From NCBI GenBank assembly GCA_048938025.1, contig JBHLMP010000027.1, positions 1-53,516 of the forward strand: a stretch of DNA of 53,516 nucleotides. Direction: 5' to 3'. Below, in pieces: positions 18,028-27,463 of this stretch (position 1 is its first letter; every line of letters begins with the position of its first letter). The notes below the pieces were generated by a model, which did not search any database, was not told the origin of the DNA, and worked only from the letters and a program-made list of their open reading frames with translations. This stretch comes from Promethearchaeota archaeon. Its GTDB lineage: Archaea; Asgardarchaeota; Lokiarchaeia; Sigyniarchaeales; SOKP01. The position numbers were made by a program, and so were the translations under genes.

Positions 18028-19617
18028 TTAAATCCCTCCCAAAGTTAATTCTTTACTCATAAGTTCTATAAATGGGTTATAATAGATTTTATCCTTCTTA
18101 ATCACACCTTCTAATCCTTTTCCACCATTTATTGGTCTTTTAATATTTGCAAAAATTCCTTTTTCGATTGTTTTAAATAATCCTTCTTTTTCAATCTCTT
18201 TTAATAAATTGAAAGCTTTATTTAATACTTCATTAGCTCTTTTTTCTATTATTCCCCCTTTTTTAAACATAATTTCTTCACTGATAGATTTCAAATTATT
18301 AAAAATGTAACGTGCATTTTCTATTGAAAGTGCTCTATCTGACATAAAGGGAGTATGAATCGCTTCGGTTAACATTCCAAGGAGATGGATTTTTTGGCTC
18401 GTCATGATTGTAATGGTATTGAATAAAGCATCCTGAATATGACCTTTGAATATATTTCCCGTCATATATTTAGTTGGAGGCATATATTTGAGAGGTGCTT
18501 TAGGAAAAATTTCTCGAGTCATTTGAGCTTGTGCGAGCTCATATAAAAATCCATTTTCTAAATCTGGATTCATTTCAAAAGCATGACCTAATCCCATTTG
18601 TTCCTCTTTTAAACCAGTAAAGGAAGCAAATTGCTCATTGATAAATTGAGAAGCAAGTACAGTATGAGCAGCTTCGTAGGCATCTGCTGTTGTTAAATAA
18701 TTATCTTCACCAGTATTGATTATTACACCAGCATATGCATTTATCATTCGAGAAAAATATTGATCGATTATTGTCCTTTTCATGTTTATATCTCGAAATA
18801 GAATTCCGTATAAAGCATCATTTAACATTACATCAAGTCGTTCGAAAGCACCTATAGCAGCAATTTCTGGCATACAAAGTCCAGAACAGTAATTTGTTAA
18901 TCTAATATACCGCCCTAATTCTTCTCCAACTTCATCCAGCGCCTTTCTCATAAGTTTAAAATTCTCCTGGGTTGCATATGTCCCACCATATCCTTCTGTA
19001 GTTGATCCATAAGGTACGTAGTCAAGCAAGCTTTGCCCAGTAGATCTAATCACAGCGATAATATCAGCACCTTGTCTTGCTGCCGCTTGAGCTTGAATAA
19101 TGTCTTCATAGATATTACCAGTGGCTACAATTACGTAAATAAAAGGTCCCTCTTTATCACCATACTTTTTGAGTAATTCTTGTCTTTTTTTTTTGTTTTG
19201 TGAAATTTTAACTAATGTCTCTTGAGCAATAACATTTACAGTGGCTTTAATTTCAGAAGGATCTTTTAATGGAAGCTCTGTTAATTTTAGTTCTTCTTCA
19301 GATACTTTTTCTGCTATTTCTTGGGGAGTCCAATTTGTATGTAATATTGCATTTCCAATAAAAATCGCAGCACCATTTCCAAGTCCATTCCCCTTTCTTA
19401 TATGATCTATAACGATATTTGGTAAAGGCACATCAAATTCATCCACACCATCAATACCAAGCAATCTGCATACAGTTCTCTCAATTGTGGTAGTTGTATG
19501 GCGATCAATAAATTTTTGAGTATCTGAAGCAATATTCCTTGCTGATTTTCTTGCTTTCTCTATTATTGAAAAATCTAAATTTAATTTGCTTTTTTTAAAT
19601 GGTTCTTTCTCGTTCAT
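18028..19617 (-). CDS. kamD: Lysine 5,6-aminomutase alpha subunit
   Basis: YVIVATGNIYED, AVIRSTGQSLLDYVPYG, NYCSGLCMPE, NTGEDNYLTT and KYMPPTK. The ATG at 19617 is preferred over the GTG at 19647. Confidence 0.96.
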   Translation of the reverse strand: MNEKEPFKKSKLNLDFSIIEKARKSARNIASDTQKFIDRHTTTTIERTVCRLLGIDGVDEFDVPLPNIVIDHIRKGNGLGNGAAIFIGNAILHTNWTPQEIAEKVSEEELKLTELPLKDPSEIKATVNVIAQETLVKISQNKKKRQELLKKYGDKEGPFIYVIVATGNIYEDIIQAQAAARQGADIIAVIRSTGQSLLDYVPYGSTTEGYGGTYATQENFKLMRKALDEVGEELGRYIRLTNYCSGLCMPEIAAIGAFERLDVMLNDALYGILFRDINMKRTIIDQYFSRMINAYAGVIINTGEDNYLTTADAYEAAHTVLASQFINEQFASFTGLKEEQMGLGHAFEMNPDLENGFLYELAQAQMTREIFPKAPLKYMPPTKYMTGNIFKGHIQDALFNTITIMTSQKIHLLGMLTEAIHTPFMSDRALSIENARYIFNNLKSISEEIMFKKGGIIEKRANEVLNKAFNLLKEIEKEGLFKTIEKGIFANIKRPINGGKGLEGVIKKDKIYYNPFIELMSKELTLGGI

Positions 19618-19646
19618 TTTATTCACATTTCTTTTAATATAGTACA

Positions 19647-20711
19647 CTAATTATTAGCTCCAAGATCGTAAATTGGAAGCTCTACATTTTCTTTTAATAG
19701 TTTTAAAAATTCTTTCTTATTGAACTCATATCCATTCGGAGAGGTTGGGTTTATTGTAATTGCTATAATATTTATAGGATATAAAACTTTCAAAATTCCA
19801 CCTTTTTTTAGAAACTTTTCCATTGTATTCCTACGTAAAAACAATTTTGTACTATCTTCTACTAAAAAAGTAAGTCCTTTATACCTTTCAGTAGTTTTCA
19901 TTAAGTCTTCTAATAATTTATCGGTAATTGGGCCATTAATTACAACATACTTTGAATTATTGTCTAATTTTTCAACAATTTCCTTAGCTATATCTAAAGA
20001 GGTTAATACATCTAGGATTTCAACTGTGTTATCCAAATTAATAATACCTACTTTTGAATTTTCTATTAAATTTTTTGCGATTTCTGAAATTTCTTCATTT
20101 GTTTCACTTTCCAATGTTAATAATTTAACTGTATGCTTTGTTAAATCAATAACTTCTTTCATGTTTCTTGAAACTGAGGCACCTGTAGAAAGGATCGTAG
20201 CATTAGATATAACAGGAGTTGCATATGATCTCCTATCAAAAGCACCATCAATTAGTATTAAATCACATCCTAAATTTTTTAATTCTAAACATATTTTATA
20301 AAGATATTTGTTTATTGAAGGTCCTGCTAATTCAATTAATCCACTCTCTAATGCTTTTAATATTAAAACTTCACCTAAGGGTGTATTTATTTTAGTATTT
20401 TTTACTAATTCCATTGAAATATTACTATTTTTAAAACTCTCTTTTGCTGTAGCAACATAAATTCCTTTTTCAATAAATATTCGAGGTTTTGGTAGTTGTG
20501 TAATAACATCATATTTCTCTCCATCTCTCCCAATAGATGTAAGGCCCAGTCTATATTTTGATTTAAGTTTTTTTATTAAATAATTTAATGTAGTAGTCTT
20601 GCTAACGTTTTTTGCAAGACCAATTATTGAAATAATTGAATTTTTAGGAATATTTTTAAAAAAATTAGTCATGAAATCCATTTTCCTATCAAAAACTAAT
20701 AACCTATTCAA
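19647..20711 (-). CDS. kamB: KamB-like lysine 5,6-aminomutase reactivase subunit (start may be 20681 or 20672)
   Basis: SIIGLAKNVSKTTTLN (P-loop-like), LTSIGRDGE, TPLG, LIDGAFDR, and position between kamA and kamD. Confidence 0.78.
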   Translation of the reverse strand: MNRLLVFDRKMDFMTNFFKNIPKNSIISIIGLAKNVSKTTTLNYLIKKLKSKYRLGLTSIGRDGEKYDVITQLPKPRIFIEKGIYVATAKESFKNSNISMELVKNTKINTPLGEVLILKALESGLIELAGPSINKYLYKICLELKNLGCDLILIDGAFDRRSYATPVISNATILSTGASVSRNMKEVIDLTKHTVKLLTLESETNEEISEIAKNLIENSKVGIINLDNTVEILDVLTSLDIAKEIVEKLDNNSKYVVINGPITDKLLEDLMKTTERYKGLTFLVEDSTKLFLRRNTMEKFLKKGGILKVLYPINIIAITINPTSPNGYEFNKKEFLKLLKENVELPIYDLGANN

Positions 20712-20750
20712 TAATAACAGAAATAAAACTTAATTATTTAAACTTTAGAA

Positions 20751-21989
20751 TTATTTAGTGAGTTTTTTCCTTCTTAACTTTCTTACCAGATCTTCTGGTT
20801 CAATAGTAGTTTTTTGACCACTTAATAAGGCACTAACACCAATTTGTTTTTCACAGTCTTCACAATGACAATTTGGAGTATAATCTTCTGGTTCCTCATA
20901 AGTTGTAATAACTCCCTCAAAATTTCTCAATACTACGCGTTTGTGTCCTTGAGAAATTGTATAATCTGGCATAACTGGTATTTTTCCACCTCCTCCAGGA
21001 GCATCAACCACAAATGTTGGTACACACAATCCTGAAGTGTGACCTCTTAATCCTTCAATAATTTCGATGCCTTGAGCAACACTTGTCCTAAAATGTGCAA
21101 GTCCTATTGAAAGATCACATTGATAAATATAATAAGGTCTAACTCTTATTTTTACTAATTCCTGTACTAACTTTTTCATCACATGAATACAATCATTTAC
21201 ACCTCTCAATAAAACAGATTGATTACCAAGCGGCATTCCAGCATCGGCAATCATCTCACAAGCTCTTTTTGAATCAACTGTGATTTCATGAGGGTGATTA
21301 AATTGAGTATTAAACCAAATTGGTTGATATTTTTTCAACATTTCACATAATTCTGGTGTAATTCGTTGAGGAACGGTAACTGGGGTTCTTGAACCTATAC
21401 GTATAATTTCCACATGAGGAATTTCCTTCAATTTCCTTAAAATATCCTCCAATTTCTTATCAGATATTAATAGAGCATCTCCACCAGATAAAAGGACATC
21501 CCTAATAGTGGGTGTTTTTTTGATATACTCAATGCAAGCATCTATTTGTGGTTGCGGAGGAGCCATATCATGATGTCCTGCAAACCTTCTTCTTGTACAG
21601 TGTCTGCAATACATCGAACAATTTTCTGTTACTAAAAATAATACTCTATCAGGATAACGATGAGTTAATCCTGGAACAGGAGAATCAATATCTTCACTCA
21701 GTGGATCCTCGAGGTCACTACTTACTCTCTGTAATTCATGAATAGTTGGAATTGCTTGTTTTCTTATGGGATCATAAGGATCATTTGGGTCTATTAAAGA
21801 TAAGTAATAAGGAGTAATAGCCATCCTATACTCTTGTAAGATCCTCGGATCTTCTTCTTCCTTGGTCAATGTTATATATTTTTGAAGTTCTTCTAAAGTT
21901 GTTATTCTATTTTTAACCTGCCAATGCCAATTATTCCAATCCTCATCACTTATATGCCCAAATAACTCCTTTCTTCTATTTACCTTCAT
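20751..21989 (-). CDS. kamA: L-lysine 2,3-aminomutase (radical SAM/PLP)
   Basis: THRYPDR, CSMYCRHCTRRR, LSGGD, GHTSG, DAPGGGGKIP and a C-terminal Zn motif CHCEDC. Confidence 0.97.
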   Translation of the reverse strand: MKVNRRKELFGHISDEDWNNWHWQVKNRITTLEELQKYITLTKEEEDPRILQEYRMAITPYYLSLIDPNDPYDPIRKQAIPTIHELQRVSSDLEDPLSEDIDSPVPGLTHRYPDRVLFLVTENCSMYCRHCTRRRFAGHHDMAPPQPQIDACIEYIKKTPTIRDVLLSGGDALLISDKKLEDILRKLKEIPHVEIIRIGSRTPVTVPQRITPELCEMLKKYQPIWFNTQFNHPHEITVDSKRACEMIADAGMPLGNQSVLLRGVNDCIHVMKKLVQELVKIRVRPYYIYQCDLSIGLAHFRTSVAQGIEIIEGLRGHTSGLCVPTFVVDAPGGGGKIPVMPDYTISQGHKRVVLRNFEGVITTYEEPEDYTPNCHCEDCEKQIGVSALLSGQKTTIEPEDLVRKLRRKKLTK

Positions 21990-22097
21990 TATTATTTTTA
22001 ATAGTAATTAATTTTCTAGCTTAACAAATTATGAAACATACATTTATTCAAATATTTTTCGTAATTTTGAATAAATCTTTAAAATTAAATTATTAAT

Positions 22098-23138
22098 TTA
22101 TTTAATGTATTTCTCTTCAAATATTTTCCGAAGCGTTTGTGATTCTCTTAAAACATCTAAAGCTATATGGGCATGTCCTTTTGTATAACCATTTCCAATT
22201 ATCATTGTCACATCTTTCCCCACTCCTTCAGCTCCTAATGCTGCTTTTGTAAAACTAGTAGCCATAGAAAAGAAGTATACAATCCCACCATCTCTTACAG
22301 GCAATATACTAGACATTTCTGTATTCGGAATACTCAAACAATTAATAGAGATATCTACTTCTTTATCTTCATTAGCTTTTAAGGTTTCTTCTAGTACTTT
22401 TATTGGTTTAAGAACATCAGCAATAATTACTTCATGACAAAAGTTTGTACCCTTAAGATAATTTGCTCGTTCTTTATTCCTTGCTTGGCCGATTACTTTT
22501 CCCATTTTTCCTACCATTTTTTTAGCCATATATGAACACATTAATCCAGATTTTCCAGTTGCTCCTAAAATTAGGACAGAATTCCCTGACTTTACGAGTT
22601 TTTTGATCTGAGCTGGAGCACCAGCAACGTCCAAAATGGCTAATACTAAAGTATCTTCCATATCCTCAGGGATTTTAGCATATATTCCACTTTCAAAAAG
22701 AATTGCTTTGCCTTCAATATCAACGCGATCGATTTCTGGAAAAACATTGAGAATTTTGTCTATTCTAAGAGGAGTTAAAGAAAGTGAAACTAATGAAGCA
22801 ACTTTATCACCAACTTTTAAGTCAATTTTATCCCTCAGATCTTCTCCAATTTGTTCAATTTTACCAATTAGCATTCCACCAGACCCAGTGATCGGATTTT
22901 GCATTTTTCCCCTTTTATTGACAATTTCCAATATTCTTTTCTTTATTTTTTCGATATTGCTATTTGCTTCTTGTTCCAATTGTCTAAAACTAGCTGAATC
23001 AATATTTAAATAATCTACATCGATTAAAATTTCATTATTATAGATTTCCATATCATTGGAGATTTTAACTGCTGGCTGTGGTAAAGCGCCAATCGGTTCA
23101 ATTACTCGGTGAGTACCATATCTATTTCCTTTTTTCAT
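22098..23138 (-). CDS. kdd: L-erythro-3,5-diaminohexanoate dehydrogenase
   Basis: YGTHRVIEP.G.LPQ, LNIDSASF, QNPITGSGGML, SLVSLSLTPL, DVAGAPAQ and FFSMATSFTKAALGAEG. Confidence 0.95.
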   Translation of the reverse strand: MKKGNRYGTHRVIEPIGALPQPAVKISNDMEIYNNEILIDVDYLNIDSASFRQLEQEANSNIEKIKKRILEIVNKRGKMQNPITGSGGMLIGKIEQIGEDLRDKIDLKVGDKVASLVSLSLTPLRIDKILNVFPEIDRVDIEGKAILFESGIYAKIPEDMEDTLVLAILDVAGAPAQIKKLVKSGNSVLILGATGKSGLMCSYMAKKMVGKMGKVIGQARNKERANYLKGTNFCHEVIIADVLKPIKVLEETLKANEDKEVDISINCLSIPNTEMSSILPVRDGGIVYFFSMATSFTKAALGAEGVGKDVTMIIGNGYTKGHAHIALDVLRESQTLRKIFEEKYIK

Positions 23139-23153
23139 ATAATTTACACTTTG

Positions 23154-23990
23154 TTATTCATTTTTATTTAACTCTAATATTTTTCTTGCTTCATCAGGAC
23201 TAGCAATATCTCTTCCTAATTCTCTTGCAATTCTTACAGCTTTTTCAACTAATTCTCCATTTGATTTTGCTAATATGTGTTTAGAGATATAAATATTATC
23301 TTCGAACCCAACTCTTACATGACCACCCATTATCATAGATAAGGTAATCATAGGAAATTCAAATCTACCAATTGCACCAACACAAAATGTAGAATTTTCA
23401 GGAATACTATACACTAAAAAAGTTAAATCTCTTACTGATGCATTTATACCTCCTTTTACTCCTAACATGAAATTAAAGTGCATTGGATCTTTAATATATC
23501 CTTTATCATGTATCCTTAATGCTGTATCTACCATTCCTTTATCAAAGCATTCCAATTCATATTTTATTCCGAGTTTATTCATTTCTTCAACAAAAAAGAG
23601 TATTGTATTCTCTGTATTGACAAAAATTTCATCTCCTCCTAACCAATTCATCGTTCCCATATCCAATGTCGCCATTTCTGGTTTAGGTTCAAGATAAATA
23701 GGTTGAAGTCTTTCCTCATTACTCATACCCACAGCACCTCCAGTAGAAGGTAAAATTATAACATCTGGGCATCGATTTTTTATTTCTTCAATACAGACTC
23801 GAAATCTTTCCTTACTTTGAGTAGGAGTTCCATCATCTTCTCTAACATGTAAATGTATTATGCTAGCCCCAGCTTTGTAAGCTGATTCCGCTTCTTTTCC
23901 AATTTCTTCAATAGTATAAGGTATATTTGGATTATTTCCCTTAATTACTTCGGCGCCACTTATTGCAGCAGTTATAATTAACTTTTCCAT
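23154..23990 (-). CDS. kce: 3-keto-5-aminohexanoate cleavage enzyme
   Basis: IITAA.SGAE, the HLH metal motif (IIHLHVR), STGGAVG and GHVRVGFED; operon context. Confidence 0.93.
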   Translation of the reverse strand: MEKLIITAAISGAEVIKGNNPNIPYTIEEIGKEAESAYKAGASIIHLHVREDDGTPTQSKERFRVCIEEIKNRCPDVIILPSTGGAVGMSNEERLQPIYLEPKPEMATLDMGTMNWLGGDEIFVNTENTILFFVEEMNKLGIKYELECFDKGMVDTALRIHDKGYIKDPMHFNFMLGVKGGINASVRDLTFLVYSIPENSTFCVGAIGRFEFPMITLSMIMGGHVRVGFEDNIYISKHILAKSNGELVEKAVRIARELGRDIASPDEARKILELNKNE

Positions 23991-24007
23991 TATTATTACA
24001 CGCTCCT

Positions 24008-25261
24008 TTATAATAATTTTTTAGTTTCTTTTAGTGATTCTTCAATCATATTAGCTGCATAATCTAATTCTTCCTTTGTATGTCTATAACAAATATAGCC
24101 ATGATGAAATGGTTGTAGGAACACCTTGCGTCTAATTAGTTGCCGATAGAATTCCTCTCTTAATTTTCTATATAGGAAATCAGGATCGGGAGGAAATGTG
24201 ATATAGGGCATCCATGGTTCACCACTATATACACATGGAATACCACTTTCTTCGATAGTTTCCTTTACCCTTTTAGCAAACTGATTCCCTTTCTGATGAA
24301 TATTTGCTAAAACATTTTCACGCTCTAATATTTCAATTGTTTTAAGGGATGCGATCTGAGCAAGACTGTTAGGGAAAAAAGTTGAACTTAAAAATACTTT
24401 TTCTACTAAAATATCCATAAATTCTGATTTACCTACTAGGGTGCTTATAGGGTATCCATTTCCCATTGCTTTACCAAATGCAGCAAGATCAGGAATAACG
24501 CCAAACATTTTTTGTGCTCCTCCCATATCCACTCTAAATCCTGTTCTTATCTCATCATAGATTAATAAAGCATTATATTCGGTGGCTAATTTACGAATAC
24601 TTTCTAAGAAACCGGGTTTTGGCATCTCAACTTCTCGACCACCAGGTGTATGTATTGGATTTATAATAATAGCAGCAACTTCTTCTTTATATTTTTTGAA
24701 TAAATTTTCAGCTTGATCAAGATTATTAAACTCAAATTCATAGAAATCTTCAAATAACTTTTTTGGTATCCCCGCCTCTATTCCATGAACTTCACTGAAA
24801 AGATCATACCACCCATGATATCCACAACTGAGTATCTTTATTTTTTTTGTATATGCTCGTGCAACTCTTATTGCTGCTGTTGTTGCATCAGTACCCATTT
24901 TCATTAATACTAATTTTTCACAACATGGAATTAATTCTTTTAACTTTTTAGCTAAATTATTTTGTACAGGCTGGGTTAGAGACATACAGAAACCCTTTTC
25001 TCTCATTTGTTTAATAACCTCGTTGTCTATTTCTTCTTCTCTATGACCTATAATGATAGGACCATAGGCACAAAGCATATCCACATATTCATTTCCATCA
25101 ACATCAATAACTTTTCCTCCTTTTGCTGTTTTAAAAAATATAGGATATTCACCTTCCACAAAGTTGTAAGGGCGTCTGATTCCTAAAATAGCTCCTGGAA
25201 TCAACTGAAGTGCTTCATTATAGAGTTTAAAGGAATTATCAAGATTTAATTTTTTAGACAA
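24008..25261 (-). CDS. kat: Class III aminotransferase, 3-aminobutyryl-CoA aminotransferase (Kat)-like
   Basis: GIRRPYNFV.GEYPIFF, LCAYGPIIIG, DEIRTGFR, FGKAM (PLP Lys), VFLSSTFFPNS and QPFHHGYICYRHT. First gene of the kce-kdd-kam operon, with a TTG start and GAGGG upstream. Confidence 0.85.
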   Translation of the reverse strand: MSKKLNLDNSFKLYNEALQLIPGAILGIRRPYNFVEGEYPIFFKTAKGGKVIDVDGNEYVDMLCAYGPIIIGHREEEIDNEVIKQMREKGFCMSLTQPVQNNLAKKLKELIPCCEKLVLMKMGTDATTAAIRVARAYTKKIKILSCGYHGWYDLFSEVHGIEAGIPKKLFEDFYEFEFNNLDQAENLFKKYKEEVAAIIINPIHTPGGREVEMPKPGFLESIRKLATEYNALLIYDEIRTGFRVDMGGAQKMFGVIPDLAAFGKAMGNGYPISTLVGKSEFMDILVEKVFLSSTFFPNSLAQIASLKTIEILERENVLANIHQKGNQFAKRVKETIEESGIPCVYSGEPWMPYITFPPDPDFLYRKLREEFYRQLIRRKVFLQPFHHGYICYRHTKEELDYAANMIEESLKETKKLL

Positions 25262-25499
25262 TTTTAATCCCTCGATTATTCTAATTATAGCAATTAATTA
25301 TTTTACATAATTATTGAAGATTTCTAAATCGAGTATTCTTATGAAATATATAATTTTATAATTCGCAAAAATTTTCTTAATTTCACTTTTTCTAATAAAT
25401 CTGTTCTTTTATCTTCGTTATAATATATAATACGAGCATTTTAGTTTTGAAATTATTTTGAAAGAATTAGATTTATTTAACGAATAGGTGGTGTAAATT

Positions 25500-25673
25500 A
25501 TAGGAAAAAAATTAACATGCTCTGTTTGTGGTAGAGAACAAGATGTTCCAACATGTTGTGATAAGTCAATGATAGCAAAAGATGGTTATTTACTTTGCTG
25601 TTGTTCAGAAGACTGTGGTTATCAACCTATTCCTAAATGTTGTGGAAAAACAATGGAATATGTAGATATATGA
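25500..25673 (+). CDS. 57-aa Cys-rich metal-binding protein with a tandem desulforedoxin-like motif; non-canonical ATA start
   Basis: Hand translation: (M)GKKLTCSVCGREQDVPTCCDKSMIAKDGYLLCCCSEDCGYQPIPKCCGKTMEYVDI*. AGGTGGTG Shine-Dalgarno-like site upstream; an in-frame TAA two codons before the ATA excludes an upstream start. Confidence 0.7.
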   Translation: MGKKLTCSVCGREQDVPTCCDKSMIAKDGYLLCCCSEDCGYQPIPKCCGKTMEYVDI

Positions 25674-25710
25674 AATAACAATAAAAAATAAAGTATTTAA
25701 AAAATTATAT

Positions 25711-27291
25711 TTACCACACTAAGTTAGCAATCATATTTTTAGCAGTTTCAGCCTCTCTTTTATTCAAGATCTTTCTGATTCTTAAGTCATTTACAGCATC
25801 TTCAAGTCGTGTATCTAAATTTTTCATCTCCATTAAGTTATTTTTATCACCTTGAGTCTCAACAAGCTCAATCATTGCATTGTCTTTATTCATCAAATCT
25901 CTTAATTTTTGTCTAAAACTCGCTTTAACCTTTGTTCTTACAATTTTACCGTTGTCGATCAGAATTGGTAATACAGGAGCTCTTTCTGTTGTCCTATTTG
26001 TATTAGGATCTAAAAAGTAGAAAATAAAAATTGGAATACCAACTACCACATTTTCAGTTTTAACTTCAATTGTATAATTATTAAAAAAGTTTTGAACATC
26101 TGTCATCTCTTTATCTTTTATTGCTTCAAGGTTAGCTAAACATGATTGCTTTTGTTGCTTTATTAAGGCAACAACGTCTTCAGCTGAAGTTAGATCTTTA
26201 CTTAGACCACTATGTTTTGCATCAATCTGCTTTTGAACTTCGGATATTTTACGTTCCAAATCCCGAATTTTCTGTTGGTGTGTTTTCTCTAGATCAGAGA
26301 TTTCACGTTGCACATTTTTTTTCAATTGTGCAATTTCACTTTTATATCTAGAAAGAGAATTTCCTAAATCATTATATTTTAGATCTAAATCTTTTAAACG
26401 CTCCTCAACTAAGAATAGATCTTTTTTATCAATAGCACTTTTTAATTGATCATTACTATTTTTTATTTGATTTAAATTATTTTGAATCTCTCCCGTCTTA
26501 TCATTAATTTTATATTTACCTGTTTTTACTAACTCTTCTGGTGAGGTTTCGATTTTTTTCTCTTTTTCTTCTCGTAATTCTTTGTTAAGTATCGCCAATT
26601 GCTTTTCTTCTTCACTTGTATCCACTTTAGTCTCTCTGATTTTATCTACTTCTTGACCTCCTCTTTGTATCCATCTCTCACATAACTTTATAATCATATC
26701 CCCATAGCTATCTAGCATTCTTACATCTTTTTGTGAAATAAATTCATGAATTTCTTGAGCAATTTTTGCTTGATTCACACTTTTAGCAATAGGACCTCCT
26801 TCCAGTAAGAAATATGGATTATTAAAAGAACTTATATTATATTGATTTAGGAAAAAATTCTGGAAATATCCAACTTCAGAGGAAGAAAATAACGCTTCTT
26901 GAATTACAGTCCCTCTTTTAAAATTCTTACTTCTTCTTAAATACATATTATTATAAGATTGTAAGGAACTCAAAAATGAGTCTGGATCTGCTCCTTTAAC
27001 TACATTATCAGGTCTAGGAGGTGTCTGCGAGAATTGCCCTACGCTTAATTTCTCCTGTTTGTTGAGTAAATAGCTACATACACAAGCTCTAGTTTCATTT
27101 AAAGGAATTAAACGAACTGGCCAAAAACAGGTTGTTATTTTTGATATTTTTCCCATTTTTTTAAGATTTTTACTATAAATTCCAGTACATTCATTTAAAG
27201 CTAATGCTAATTCATTTAATAACGTAGCTTGGGAGCGAGCGGGGATTACTTCGCCCATATTAATTAAATAAGGAATAACTTTTTGAACCAT
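25711..27291 (-). CDS. Hypothetical protein with a long central coiled coil
   Basis: 526 aa; K/E/Q-rich heptad region at about residues 210-400, flanked by globular N- and C-terminal parts. Confidence 0.8.
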   Translation of the reverse strand: MVQKVIPYLINMGEVIPARSQATLLNELALALNECTGIYSKNLKKMGKISKITTCFWPVRLIPLNETRACVCSYLLNKQEKLSVGQFSQTPPRPDNVVKGADPDSFLSSLQSYNNMYLRRSKNFKRGTVIQEALFSSSEVGYFQNFFLNQYNISSFNNPYFLLEGGPIAKSVNQAKIAQEIHEFISQKDVRMLDSYGDMIIKLCERWIQRGGQEVDKIRETKVDTSEEEKQLAILNKELREEKEKKIETSPEELVKTGKYKINDKTGEIQNNLNQIKNSNDQLKSAIDKKDLFLVEERLKDLDLKYNDLGNSLSRYKSEIAQLKKNVQREISDLEKTHQQKIRDLERKISEVQKQIDAKHSGLSKDLTSAEDVVALIKQQKQSCLANLEAIKDKEMTDVQNFFNNYTIEVKTENVVVGIPIFIFYFLDPNTNRTTERAPVLPILIDNGKIVRTKVKASFRQKLRDLMNKDNAMIELVETQGDKNNLMEMKNLDTRLEDAVNDLRIRKILNKREAETAKNMIANLVW

Positions 27292-27463
27292 ATTTGATTC
27301 ACTTTATTTTCTATATTATTCTTTAATACCAATTAAATAATTAAATTTTTCGTTTTAAGTTATTTTCATAAAGATTTTTTTAAAATCTTAAATATTTTGG
27401 GAGCAAAATTAATATTACTGAAAGTTTTGAATTGAAAAGTTATGACCTTGAGATGCAATCCCT

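Noticed and set aside
20751-21989. Reading kamA as EF-P modification enzyme EpmB or osmolyte gene ablA
   Set aside because: No epmA/efp or ablB acetyltransferase is adjacent, and the gene is embedded in a kdd/kce/kamDE catabolic operon.
24008-25261. Annotation as glutamate-1-semialdehyde aminomutase (hemL)
   Set aside because: It lacks the HemL GGVNSPVR-type N-terminal motif and has no tetrapyrrole genes nearby. Motifs and operon position fit Kat.
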